DNA of 64,000 nucleotides, from the NCBI GenBank assembly GCA_047495785.1, contig JBLDXI010000013.1:496001-560000 (forward strand), in the 5' to 3' direction. This stretch comes from Lepidodermella squamata. Lineage: Eukaryota > Animalia > Gastrotricha. Shown piece after piece: positions 25,863 to 39,600 of the stretch. How positions within the stretch are numbered: position 1 is the first letter of the stretch; the number at the start of each line of letters is the position of its first letter. A program made the position numbers and the translations under genes. Below the pieces are notes generated by a model. That model was given only the letters and a program-made list of their open reading frames with translations. It was not told the DNA's origin and did not search any database.

Positions 25863-27214
25863 TGCGACGATCTATTTCTAGTCATCGCTGATTCTTGCTC
25901 TTTTTCCTTTCCGGTTTCCATCGTAAATAAATTTGATTTGGAATTTGGAACTCATGTTGTGTTTTATTGTTATCAAAAAATATATTGTTTTGAAAGTGCA
26001 TAGAAACATGATGATGAAAATGAAATTACATAGATTTCACAAACATAAAACTCAGAGTGGTAAGTCAGATCACTTCCAGCCGGCAGATGATTCGACGCTT
26101 TTGATTAGTGGCGAGTCAATTTGTTTCCATGAATCCTAAAAGGAATAGCAAAAATTAGGAAGCAGTAAACTCAGAGAGCGCTATAAAATTCAACAACAGG
26201 AAATAACGACAACATAGAAATTATTCAGTGATATCCTACATATAAATGAATTTACACCGTCATGCTATGCTTTGGGTGATGACCCAGGCGTACCATCAAA
26301 GCCATGAAGCGTTATTATTTACTAAATTATTCGAATTTATTATCATCTAAAAACTTACGATATCTTCGCTAAGTTCGAGCTAGGACGTACAAATGAACTA
26401 ATAAGTACAATGAATAACACATTTTCCCATCTTCCTCAACTGGGAATCCGACTCTACAAACGCCAACTCTACTCGCCAACTGGTTCTCTATTATGTCTTG
26501 ATCTAAGGATTTCTTACTTTAGGCGACGTTTTGGATAACTTTTTTTTGAGAACAAACAAGATCAGTATCATTCGTAATTATGGGGAAAAATGATAAATAA
26601 TGAGTGCTGTTCAATAAAATCGGGGATACAAAGAATTTTTTTGTGCTGAAAGCTGAAATTGCAGTTGTTTACATACTATTCCACGTACAAACTAGCTAGA
26701 GATGTGCAGCTTTTGAAAGAAATTTATAATGAAACGGTCATAAGATAACGATTTCGAACCTTCGCAACAACACTTGCAAAGCTCTGTGTAAAAAGAACAT
26801 AGCGTCATTTTTGGTTTTCAAAGTACCGCGTTCGGTCGATGAACTCTATTTTTAAAAGAAAACTGATAAAAAATTGAAACTTACTTGGCAACAGCATCCT
26901 GTTGCTGCTGGGTAGATGCAGTCCCCAGCGGATCGGGCGGCATAAACAACTGCTTCGAGTTCATCTGCTGCAATACACTGGGCGCTGCCGGGCTGACTCG
27001 AAGGCGTCGAACTACGGGAGGAAAAAATCAGAGTAATACGCCGTGATTGAATAACATTCGTTTCAAATGATATAAATAATGTTAAAAGACTTCTCAAAAA
27101 TAATGTGCCATCCTTGCGTTTACCTCGAAATTGTGTAAGAATTCTTCAGAAATATCAATTTAACTTAAGGTAATCGCAGTGCAATGAAGAAATAAATATT
27201 ATTCATGTTGCATG

Positions 27215-30200
27215 TTATAAAGCCCAACCATTCCAAGCGTCAGAAGGAACCGGGTTAAGAGACCCGCCAATGTTAAGTGATCCGGCTGATGCTGAGCTTG
27301 ACAAAGCATTCGCTGAGGAAAATCGAATTTTTCGAATTTTTTCATTTTCATAAGAAAGGGAAGCAGCGGACATGTCATAACTACAAAAAATATCCTTACT
27401 TGCAGATGAATCATCCATCGAGGGCTTAGCCAGGCCGAGCTGAAGGTTCGATATTTTGATTTGTGGATTCGAGTTCGATTGCTGTTGCATATTTACGTTC
27501 GGTTGAACGATATAATTGCCGAGAATATGCGGCGCGGCTTGCTGCTGAGAAGTTAACTGGCCTTGAGAATGATGGTAGCCAGTTTGGTAGAAAACCAATG
27601 TGTTTGACGCATTGGCAATAGACCCGGATGAACTACCCGCTGTGAGAGCGGATGATTGGGCCGGAGGCAATCCGACCGGTTGGTAAACATGAACAGGCAA
27701 AATGCCCGCATTTGCGTTCATGGGAGAGCACAAGTAGTTCGGCATCGTGGTGGGCATGAGAGCGGCGGAACTCATCACCGCACCTTGAGGGTCCTAAGAG
27801 ACAGCACCAAGATTAGCTGGGCAATCATATTATGATGTGGTAATTAAATTCACCTCTTGATTAGCCAGCATCTGGGCTTTCGCCGTGTCCTCTTCAGTTA
27901 CAGGCATACCGTCGATTAAATGCAGTTGGGGAAGGTAGTACAATATCACTGATCGATGCAAATTTTTCCTTGTTAGCTAAAGCCAAGTAAATGCAAGTTA
28001 TTTAAAGAAGAGTAATGAGCTATTGTCTTACCGGATTGTTAACTAGTGATATTTCGTTCAATTTTCGCAGGTCCTGCAATCTCTCGAGCTCGCTTGCCAT
28101 CTGAAGTTTATTGCCTCCTAAATAGAGCCTTCGAAGATTTCGAAGATGGTTGAAATAAGACAAATCTCGAAGGCGATTTTCTTCCATATGAAGCTCGAGC
28201 AATCGACCCTGGCCAACAAACGAGGTCTCGTGTAATGATTTGACGCGATTTCGATCGAGAACCAAATCACGAAGGCTTGTCAAACAATCGATTCCTTCGA
28301 CACTTGAAATTTCATTGTTCTGCATGAACAGCGTGACTAGCGTTGGTATACGATTGAGCTGCAATGCGCTCATATTGCGAATCGCATTTCCCCTGTAAAT
28401 AGCTTGACACTTAAAGCAACAATTCTCGAATATGGCCAAATGCTTACGCTAAATACAAAACTTCTAGACTAGGTAAGATTGGGCTGACAGAGTCAGCTTC
28501 ATTCATAGTCATGTAAAGCTGATTGCTCAGTCCAGAATCAACCTTGGAAATGACAGTGAGTTTACAGCTTTTGTATCGGAAGAATTGCAATTCAAATTAC
28601 CTTAGATTTCGGCGCATAAGCTGGCCTGCCTTTTGTAGGTGGCACCAATGTTTCGATTCTATTGTTATTAAGGCACAAAACATGCAGGCTTGTCGATGCT
28701 GATAACGAGCCAATATGTGTCAGGTTGTTGTTTTCAAGGTTAACCGAGCGCAGATTGGGCAGAGAAGATGGCGTTATTTCGATTGTGTACAAATTGCAGT
28801 TTGGTAAATCCAGCTCTGTGATTCGGCTGAGATCAGCACCTGGACCTAGTCCCATACGATCGAGAACAAAATCCTCGCTCAGTTTGCCTCCGAAGCAATC
28901 TCTCGCAATGTTAGTTTCTGATGTTTCAATCGGCAAACTGTCCAATATTTTCAAATGCGGCAAATGGTAGATGACCGAGAGTCGGTAATTTGTTGTATAG
29001 CAAACCGTGTTGCCAAATAAATCCAACGAAAACAAACTTTCAACATTTTTAAGCACGAAAATCTCCCGTATGTTGTCAATGGCGTTGTTGGCCAAATAGA
29101 GATTTTGAAGGGCAGGCAGATGTTGAGCTCCGTTCGGTGAAACAATCAAATTCCCATTCACCGATAGATGAGCCAACGCAGCCAGTTTATCAGGGTGAGT
29201 AAACGTGATATGCGTCAAGCGATTGTTATTGAGACTCAACGAGGCCAAGTGTGTAAAGTTACTCAAAGGTTCGATATTTGTGATGCAGTTGTTGTCCAAC
29301 AAAAGTTCAACAAGAGCGTGGCAAGCTTCGATGCCATGAAGACTAGTTATGAAATTATCGTTGAAAGATGCCCATTTGAGACCCTGAAATACAATAATTT
29401 TCGATTGATACAATTAAAACTGCCACTGAGTAATTTACTTTCAGTCGATCGATGCCGATCAGCTTAGTGAGACCTTGGCCTTCAAGCACCAGAGTTGTTA
29501 TTCCTTCCATCCAACTGAAGTTCTGCATCTCTTGATACGGCTTAGGCTTAGCGTAAGATGAAGCTAAAATCTGATGGCAGTGTGGGCCGAGCGCAAGTAA
29601 ATGGGGCAGCGAGTAATCAGTTCGGCCAAAATTCATCAGAAGAGGAGTTGTACTGTCGACATTAGACAAAGACGCCGCTGTAACTAGCTTGCTAGCAATT
29701 ATACGCTCTTCCTCGCTGACAGCAACAGTGTCAGACATCTTCAAATTTTTGAAGGCAGCGATAAATCGTGATCGCAAGCTCTTGGGCCTGAACCAAGGAT
29801 TGTGCTTTCCTGAAATTTCGCTGACATGCGGCATTTGTCTACGTAGCTGTCCAAGCACCAGATTCAAATCGGTAAGCAAGTTCCAGTTGATGTCAAGTGA
29901 CCTCAATTTCGCAAACAACGGTACATTTTCAAAGGCCGTGAACTCGTTAAACGTCAACAATAAAGTTTCCAACGAGTGCACCGACACGCCGAGTTCGCGC
30001 GCATCGGGAAAATTGCTGATCCGGTTGAGCGACAAGTCCAGGTAAGACAAGTTTGGGAAGAATTTTAGGGGCGGAATCTGCTCTAATGAACAGTTGTAAA
30101 GGCACAAACGAGTGATACGCTCCGAGTAAGGCTGAGCTGTTACTCTCGTAAGAATGTCGTCACCAGGCAAAGACCTTCAAATCAATGTTAAATACCAATT

Positions 30201-33149
30201 AGGCGGAATATATAAATGTTTACAGTTTAAGCGAGAAAACAGGTTCAGATGCTACAATGTCCGCATCACTTTCAATCGTATACGCATTCGTTACCAGAGA
30301 GTTGGTCGATGGATGAAGAGTCGAAGCATTCTAAGAAAATTGAAACTTGAGAAGGGTATGATAAATTGGAAAGAGCTAAAACCTGTGACTGGGCTAAAAA
30401 CGTCTCCATGAACGTTGAAAATGGGTTGGACGTAAATCTCAAACTCTCGTATTGGTAGAAAACAATGTACTCCGGCAAAACTCTAAAAATGTTCGAAATA
30501 ATTATCACGTATTTGCCTGTTGAAATTTCACGGAATGGCATTACCTCTCGTGGTCGAAGACGAACCATTCTTGAACTCGCTTCGAGCATTCAGTACAATT
30601 TGTAGTTCGCGGTAGCTGATCATAGACAGCTGGTATTGAACAAGGCCTCGTGACCGAATCACAATTCGGCACCGAGTCGGTTGATATCCAGTGAGTTCCC
30701 GATTCGAGTACATGGCAGTTGCCACAAAACGCTTTGCATAACAGCGCTTGCCCGAATCGCAGCCGCCCGTTTAGCTGCGGGCTAAGTCCATTCAGGCGAG
30801 AAGTTGGAAAGCGATGTCGATCGGCCCAAAGTAAATTATTAGTCAAACAAACTCCGCTCTAAGTAACCCGATAAAAGGTAATATTCACTGTACTATAATG
30901 TTGTCTTACCTTGTGATCAGGGACGAAGTTCGCAAAACCGTGTTCGATTGCAACCAAAAAATCAGAAAACTCGGCAATCAAATCATCGCTGCTGGTTGGT
31001 CTGCCTCCGAAAGCGCTTCTTGGCGATACATTATCCGAGTTAGGAACGAAAAATAAGTATTCAATATTGGCACGACGAGCGATCTCCAACCTTAAGTAAT
31101 AGAATATTTCTATTCGCTCTTGATAAGAATTATGGAATAAACTAACATCGTAAGTTGCCACAAGTGCTCGTGTTTATCGACGATAGCTGATTCTAAGCGG
31201 AGGTCGAATGCCGTTCTCTGGTGTCGATTGGAAATTCGAACAACCCCCAATACGTCAATTTGACTTATTCCCAAATTGGAAAAGTCGGATGAGCAGAAGC
31301 GAGATGTCACCAATTGTCGGCAATAGTTGAACCAAGGATCTTTTTCAGTTCCGAAGTCGAAGAAAATGTTTCCCGCAGTTTCCAGCTCAATCCTAAGGAA
31401 GGTTTTCCACAACTGCCGCATTTTTTCCAGTTCCATCGACATCTCAGTTTTCGATGTATCAAGGCTGCAAGTGAATCGAAAGTTTCAATTAAAATCATAC
31501 GCTAATTTTAGTTCCTAGTGGTCTAATTGCGATACTGTACTGCCCGAATTAAATGCCATTTATTATTTTCAAATGCTAGACCCAGCGACCAAAGTTAACG
31601 GTCTCACTACGAAACGCTCAGAATAGAGGATCCAAACAATTAAATGTACCCTGACATTTATTTGAGGCTAACATTATTTTCGGATAGTACAGCAATTGCC
31701 ATTGGCATGCCATTTCATCAAATTTAAGAAAACATACTCTGCCAAATTTCGATGCATTCTCATTATAGCGCTTTCTATTTGAGCCATTTTTATGTGACAA
31801 AGCGAATCCAAATCCGTTCCAGTAGCAGCCAGATTCTCAGTTTCAACGCTATAGCTAACCGTCACTTCAGCAGGTCTGCATGCTATGCAACGGTCTTTAT
31901 CCATATATGCGTGGTTGTCCATGTTGCTAGCTGCGACGTTTCCGGTTTTTGCCACGTTACGCTCTTCATGTTGCATATAACAAATCATCTAAAAATTCAA
32001 CTTCATCATCTTACTTAGGTAACGTAGGTGTCGAATTCAATACCTCTTTTCTCCCAAGAGCAAGAAGTGCCATATTTTTCTTCACCTGATCCACCATCGA
32101 GTTGTAAGCCAAGAGTAACTTATTCATCACGGCATCGACTGTTCGTTCAACTCCGTTCAAGCGCATGTCATAGAATGACTTTTTCTTGACAACGGTTGTC
32201 TGAAATATACATATAATTTTAATTCAGCAAATTACTAATAGGAAATTTACCGAGGCTATTTCTTGCATGAACTTTGATTTGATCTCATTGGCGTCAAGAA
32301 ACTCCAAATTTGGCAAGTAAAATAATACTTGAGTAGAGTAATTGACATTTTCTGCCAAGGGTGCACTGCGATAAGTTGGATCTCGTAATGACAACGACTT
32401 CAGATGTGTCAAACGCGATAGATAAATCAGCTCCTGTAAAATGCAAGTATCAACCATTAAAATCAAACTAAATGGTGGCGTACAAAGTCATACCTTGAAC
32501 GATATTATGGGGTTTCCAGATAGGTTCAAAGTTTCCAAGCGATTGTTCATATCTAAAGAGTGACCAACTGTCTCAATTTTATTTTCGGCCAGATTTAGTT
32601 CCATCAAGTGGTGGAGGGATGACAGGTTCTGTTAATAATAATAAACATATAATAACAAATTTAATCCTATCAACCAAATACCTCCACATGGACGATATTG
32701 TTTCTTGCAAGCCATAGCACCTTCAGCATGCGTAAATTGTGCAAATTTTCTATCCGCTTGATACGATTTCCATGTAAATATAGGCGCTCTAGATTCACTA
32801 GATCGCCCAGGTTATCAATAAGCGTAATCTTGCAGTCCGATAGCCATAATTCCTTCAAATGATGAAGGCCACCAAGATTTTCGATTTTAGATATATTCTG
32901 GCCAATAATAGAAACCTCCGACAAAAACGGGAAGTATTGTAGACCGACAATTCTGGGATAGCCATCAAAGTACATTTCCAATTTCTTAATGGAAAACCTA
33001 TTCGACGTCGACTTTGACATATCGATTCCATTGCGGTCGCACTGCAAAAAGCAAAAGTGTATTACTTGGGGAGTAAATCCTCAAATTACCAATTCTTCGA
33101 AAGCACTTGATTCTTCATCAAGTGGAGGAGCATCGTTACTTTTCGTCAT
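27215..33149 (-). CDS. LRRC9: Leucine-rich repeat protein LRRC9 (many exons; 3' end may extend to about 26070)
   Basis: N-terminal LEMYFDGYPRIVGLQYFP, many SDS22-type LRRs, central LELETAGNI...DPWFNYCRQLVTSRFC and WFVFDHERVLPEYIV segments. Confidence 0.9.
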
Positions 33150-33281
33150 ACTCGACAGCTGAGAATATCTCCTTAATAAATTTACCTACGAACGCGCCTC
33201 GAAGCAGGGCTGCTTGTTGCAGCTCCTTCGAATATGTTTGGCCGATTCAAATTTGGCTTCAGGGCCGCGAGGAATGAAAAC

Positions 33282-33295
33282 GTTGCCATGATCAC
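33282..33295. promoter_or_regulatory. Candidate RFX X-box upstream of LRRC9
   Basis: GTTGCCATGATCAC is one mismatch from GTHNYY-AT-RRNAAC and lies about 130 nt upstream of the ATG of a ciliary gene. Confidence 0.55.
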
Positions 33296-34016
33296 GTCGT
33301 CAATCGTTTTTGACAATAAATTTGTGTCTTTATATTTATTGATGTTTTTTTTTATTTATAGTTGGTTTTGTAATTTTTTTTAATTTTAATGACTATAGCA
33401 ACGTTAGTCCTTACGTATCGCCGCTCTGCAACGGCAGCCTCAAAGCCACGTAGTCCGACAGTGCCTCTCAAGATAGAACCTTCATCATCCGTGGTTCGAA
33501 GGCAGCGAGGCCCGAGGCCGACCCCTTCATTCGCAATCTTACCAGTTTGAAAGCCTGTCCCAAAACCGCCTACTTGCAGCAATTCTTCATCGAGCAGCAA
33601 ATGGACCAAATAAGTAGATCATAGCTATATTTTTATAATTTTTTGTATCCCATTGTGCCTATCTGCGCCCAACACCTAATTATCGGCGACAGGTCTAACT
33701 TATCAACCCAAGCCCTGTTAAGTCGCCCTGTTGGTTTCAAGGTCCAACATCCATTCATCCATCCATCTCCAGCCTGTTTTTCGCGGATAGGATGATAGGC
33801 CGTTCTTGTAAAGAGTCCGACGTATAGTAATAATCAGAGCACTATCAAAATATTTTCTTTAAACGCCAAGCCTTACATTTATCTAGAGCCACAACTATTG
33901 TACAAGGTTTTACAAATTGCCTTCGACACTAGGGCATTCCTTTGACCAATGATATAATTTGCTTCCTTGGGGATCCGAGGTCCCAAAGGTATGAGGGCAG
34001 GCAGGCGAGTCCGGCG

Positions 34017-34022
34017 TATAAA
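34017..34022 (+). promoter_or_regulatory. Candidate TATA box for CCDC113, with a putative 5'UTR intron about 34156-34682
   Basis: TATAAA after a GC-rich stretch; GTAAGT donor at 34156; T-run plus AG acceptor at 34682, just upstream of the ATG at 34699. Confidence 0.35.
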
Positions 34023-34698
34023 TAGACATGCACTTTAGATGACACTCGACAAGTCACCAGCCAAATTGAGCTGAGAAGACAAAACATTACATAGTTCTAT
34101 TACTTTCAGGAAGTTGCAGTGACACCTTTAATGACTTATACTGCCAGGAAGATCGTAAGTAGATTGGTAGATTGGTCTTTGACTCTGTGGTTCTTGAAGT
34201 TAACAAGCTTTGCCAATTATTGTTGGTGCTTGGAATCTGCAGTGCAAAGTTGAGATTCTTGCCGTGCGATACCGCGCCCTAAAGATTGTTCTATTTATTT
34301 TCATCGGGTCGGCCGAAGAAACAAATTGCGTGCGGTCATCACCTTATTCACAGGGGTGGAGCTAGCATGTGAGCTTGATTTGCACGCCCTTCGTTATGTT
34401 GCCTTCTAGTTAGATCCTCCGTATAGATTAAATTTGACTGATGGACTCTCTTGGATTTCATAACGGGAGGTTTTATTTTCATCCGATTGTTTATTTGCTG
34501 GAAACAACTTACTCTCCAATTCAGCCAAGTAACTTGGCATGCTCGACGACGGGCGGTCAGGACAAGCCTGACTTCTCAGTCGTAAAGGGTCGGCTTTTTC
34601 CGAAAAATGTATGGTTTTCAACAGTCAAACAAAGCGCCTGCCACTCTTCCCTTTCCCTTTATTTCTATTTAACTTTTTTTAGATTAATTATTGAGTAG

Positions 34699-36222
34699 AT
34701 GGAATCAGACTCGCAAAGCGTTGCGACAAGTCGGTCAGACTTGGAGTCCGAGTCTTACTTCCAGGACTTGGATGATGATCAACTGTATACCAAGCTGAAC
34801 GATTTGCTGTAAAGTCATGTTTTAATAACTCTGATTGATTAATTTATTTCGTTATCTTAGAACAAGCAATGAAATATTGGCGGCCGAAACGGAAATGTTT
34901 GAGAAATTCTTAAAACGAGTTGAGCCGAAAGATGCAGCTCGAGCATTTGCTGGGGTGAGTATTTCAAGTCACTGAACTCGGGGCTGTAAAAATGTATTGA
35001 CATTCTAGGTAAGTACGTCTCAGCAAAGTTCACATTCTCAAAGCTCATCATCGGCACATGATGGCGGCGCCGCCGGTGGAAACGTTGGTGGAAAGCATTT
35101 TTCCAGGAAGCGAACTAAATCCAGAGGATCGACTTCGGAGAAACTTTTCCACCTCTTACCTGACCAGAAGGCTGAAATAGCTGCTCGGGAGACTGAAGAA
35201 TTGAAAGAAGAAATGGAAAAGATGAAAGATATGGTTGATAAATCCATCGATCTGTGCAAAGCTGAAATAGAGGAAGCCGAGGAAAGACTTAATGACATTA
35301 CCAAGTCGAAGTCCGAATTCGAGAAAGAGATAGTGAAGAGCGCCCGTCACGCCGGAAGTGGCAAGGTTATCGCAGAGAAAGCTCTTAAATACATCGAGGA
35401 CGAAATTAAGAGAAAAGTAATATTGGAAGTCTTGGAAACGCTTTTATGACATGCTTTTTTTCAGGACGCGAACATTGAAAAGCTGAATTTGAAAAATGCA
35501 GCGCTTAAGGGTCAAAAACGCAAACTGGAACAACAGCTTCGTCAGGTCTGTAAATAAATTACATTCATATTGTTTTCCAATTTGTCGCTAAATTAGAAAG
35601 AGGAAATGGGCGAAGTTCTTCACGAAGTTGATTTCAATCAACTGAAGATAGAAAATCAGCAATATTTGGAGAAGATCGAGGAGAAAAATCAGGATTTATT
35701 GCAACTCAAGCAAATTGCTGCTAACACACTCCAAACAATGAACTCGCAGAAAAAGCGATTAGCTGTATTTGTTAACGAAGCTGATCGAATCGCTTCGGAA
35801 TTGAAGACCCGCCTGGAGCTTACAGAACGGCTGGAAGGGGAACTTGTCACCGCTGAAAAAGAGCAACAAGAGGCCGAGGGCACAAATCGCCGCCTGAGAG
35901 ATTATTTATCGACATACAGAGTACCAGAGGTCTTTGAATATGTTAAAGAAACTGGCCAGTTGCGTGAGTTGAAACGTAATGTTAGGATGTGGGAACGAAA
36001 GGTGGAAATCGCTCAGGTAAGGCTTTACAATAGCAGCTAGTGCTCTTTATTAATGCAAAATTTTCGCAGATGGCCTTGTCAACTCGTAAAGCCACATGGC
36101 AACGTTTGAAGCAGAATGTGGCGAATCGGCCTCCGAATCCTTGGGACACAGTTCTTCAACAGCTGCAGTCGCATCATCATGTCGGCCAGGGCATGCCTCA
36201 AGCGTCAAGTTACAACTCTTAA
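34699..36222 (+). CDS. CCDC113: Coiled-coil ciliary protein CCDC113 / CFAP263; about 6 exons
   Basis: AETEMFEKFLKRV; DQKAEIAARE; GKVIAEKALKYIED; MGEVLHEVDFNQLKIENQQYLEKIEEKNQDLLQLK; YRVPEVFEYV; WERKVEIAQMAL. Confidence 0.9.
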
Positions 36223-36663
36223 ATTTCCACTGACTGAAATCTATCAGCTTTTGTATAACCTTATTTGAACTTGAATAAAAGTGAAACAATTCAAGACACT
36301 GGAATTTTCTTGCCAAAAAATAACGGGTTTATTCTGTAGAAAGTCGCATTTTCGCTGCAATTAAGAGCGATTTTGGAATGTCACAGCACACAGTAAATCT
36401 CACAGAGATCGCTGAGAAAGTGCACTCTCACGAAGGGATGAATCACCAGGTGATGACAAATCAGCGAATGAACTGTGGGTTTGTCGGTAGATTCTTTTAT
36501 CCAATTCAAGGGAGCTGGAAATCCAGCATTTTCATCACACGGTTTTAGGTTCTGTGTTATAATCATTGCACACATTTAAATGTCAGTAATCGCAAAATTT
36601 CTAGATTAATAATTATCATGTCATTGGGATCGAATGATCACGTCGATTCGCCGTCTTTATTGT

Positions 36664-39600
36664 TCATGGTAGCTCTCGACGTCTCGGCTTCGCTGACGTT
36701 GCGACTGGTAAAAAGAAAAAATGCGATTAAAATAATAGCTTTTTAGCTTAAGACTTACAATCTGGAACGTCCTTGACTCGCTTGCCGTCAAGGAGATATT
36801 CCATAAGTTCGCGAGCTTTCTGCGCTTCATCTTCGTCGACTTGCTGGTGAGGCTGCTCCGCGGCGTAGTTGAATTCGCCGCTTGTGATGGTGGAAACACC
36901 GCTCTTAGGTCTCATGAGCGAAGTTGCTGGGCGCATGAAGCTGGTGCGAGCGCGCTGGGAAGCTGCCGAAACCATTTGCCGGCTTGAAGGTTGACGCGCA
37001 CTTGGAGGAACAACGGCGGAAGCTGGTGGTTCAGGGGTTCCAGAACCAGCAGTCGTGCCCGTATGAGGCTCCCCGGTTTCAGATACCGCGGAAACAGCCG
37101 GGTATCCGGAGTGCTTGCGCTCCATCTCTGGTGTTGGCGGAGGCATTGTTGAAAGCTTGAAAAATACAACACAGTGAACATAAGGAATAGCGACAAAAAG
37201 GTAAATTTACGATGGTCTTGAGGTCAGATTCTGAGTTGACCACATCCTTATGCGGGTCATCCTCGTCGTCCTGATCATCATCGCGTGAGCACATGAAGCG
37301 ACGGACATCAGGTTGGAACCAGCCGAAGCCAAGGAAGATGAAAAAGCCCTGCAGCGAGTTGAACAGGACGAACAGGTATTGGAAAATGATGAGCGACTCG
37401 TTGACGGCAAACAAGCCGAACAACCAAGTGACGCCAAAGAGCGGCAGCAAGACGGCGGCGTGGCGAATGCCGCGCAAAATCTTGCTGTAGAACTTGGTAT
37501 CGCGCTTCAGCACGGTGTTCGGCATGTTGTAGACGATGAGGCCCAACAAAATTGCATTTAGCTGTAAACAAACAATAATTTCCAAAACAGTTCAATTTGA
37601 ATTGAAGCGTAAAACTTACGATGACAATCAAAATGATTGGACCGATAAATGCAAAAATGAAGCCTTTGTCAAACGACAGCCAGCAACGATCATCGCCGCC
37701 ATATGCCTCGACATCCACCGCCAAGACACCGGCGACGACAAGCACAGGCACACCCCATGCTAAAGGTATCATGCAACACAACCGACCCTTGGTCACGCCT
37801 GAAACTACGGCGTTGAACAGATAGGTTGCTTCCATGAGCAGCCACATGAAAGTGGCGGTGTAGAAGTAGTGCATGAGGGCGGCGCATGCTCGGCAGAACA
37901 GCCGGAAGTAAGCAGCTGGTCCTGTGAACAAGAAGAAGGTATTGGCGAGGAACAAAGCGACGACCAAGTTGATGTGAATCGTGTTGCGCTCGCCGTGCAG
38001 TTTTGTCTTGCTAACGAACAAGTAGAACAGCGACATTAGTGCCAGCATAGAGATAATGAGTCCGACATACGACAAGACCGAGAGAACGATCTTGTCGATG
38101 GGCGATGGTTCAATTGGCACCGGTTGCATAAGAACAGCGAAATTGGTCAAATGCGTGCACGTGCAAGTCGTCTGAGTTGCTGTGTAATTCAGCACTTTGC
38201 AGCCCGTTGTGTTCCAGGTTCGATCAGATGTGAAGAAGGCACAGAATGGCTCTTTTTTATCAATTGGAACTTCGGTGTGATGCTGAAGGGTTACGCGGAT
38301 GTCGTTGCTCGGATCCTCCTTGATCTTAGGTGAGAACGTCAGCGAAATGATGCGCGAAATCATGGAAATATCGCTCGACTTGACATCAGATCGGTACATC
38401 GATGACTTTTGATCCAATACCGGGGGAACCATTTGGCCCATGGTATCGTACAAACTTGCTACAACCGTTATTTTGTCTTTCTTCTGGCCATTGGTGCAGG
38501 TTTCACATTCAATATTGCGAAGAGCCGATGGCGAGACGCTTATTGTGTCGAGCGTGTCATCTGATCCCCACTTCTTGCTGAAAGATGTCGTCTGCTGCTT
38601 TATGCGTTCGTAGTTCGGGAACGTGTAGTTGCGCGTGAAGTTCTGCAAGCTTACAGGAATGACTTCGGCCGTGAAGATGATATTGTCGGTGTGAATATCA
38701 ATCGAATTATTCACATTCATGGTGTCATTACCCACGTCGATTGGAACAAGATTCGCCGCCACTTTTCCACCGAACACTTCCAAGGCATCAGCAACACCCA
38801 TCGCACTATCACCTTGAGCGGCTAGCGCTTCCCAAGTTTCCTTGCTCTTAATCGGGTATAGCACACTGCTGCACAATTTGACAAAATCGTACGACGTTTT
38901 CGACAGGCCGTATTTCGTTCGATCAGTTATCGTCATGATGGCACCGTTGACAATCTGCTTCTTGATCGACAGTAGGTCTTGAACGGCGACTTGAGGCTGA
39001 TACTTGGCAATGCCAAGGTCGTCGGTGTTACTCGAGCTGGCAGCTTTACCTTGGAGCATCGTTAAGATCTTGAAATAATCGGCGGGCGACAAATTCTGAA
39101 CAGCGCCTCGGTCCCATTGCTCCTTAGTGCAAAGGCAGGTCTTGCCGTCCTCGGTGGTCAGGTAGCAAATACCAGCTACGCTGAGAGCAGATTGTAACAC
39201 CGGTGGAGTCGGCAAGTCATCAGAGACGTAGTCAGTGAAAATAGAGACGCAAGAGACACCCATAGGGTAGGCCTTGAGGTTGTCAAGGTAGCGGTACCAG
39301 ATGTTCAGATCTTCGAGGTAGTACTGCCAAATACCGCTGTCGAGGGTAACACCCACCGAGTAAGTTGCCGACCAGTCAGCACCAGATCCACCGCTCTTCT
39401 GTGCATACACTGGCGCGTATTGCCGATTTAAGGTGTAAACGGTCAATTGGCGTGTGTCCCAGGCGGCGGTGAGTTGCAGCCACTTGTTGGTGTCCATATA
39501 ATCGGCAACTGTCACCAGCCATCTGTGGGTCTGGTTGCGCACCTCAACTCTCAACGACTGCTGCAAGTTCTGATTATCCAGGAAGATCTGAATGCCTTGC

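Noticed and set aside
27381-27399. 19-nt GTAAG...TAG mini-intron in LRRC9
   Set aside because: Far below the roughly 40-nt minimum seen elsewhere in the window and it would shift the frame.
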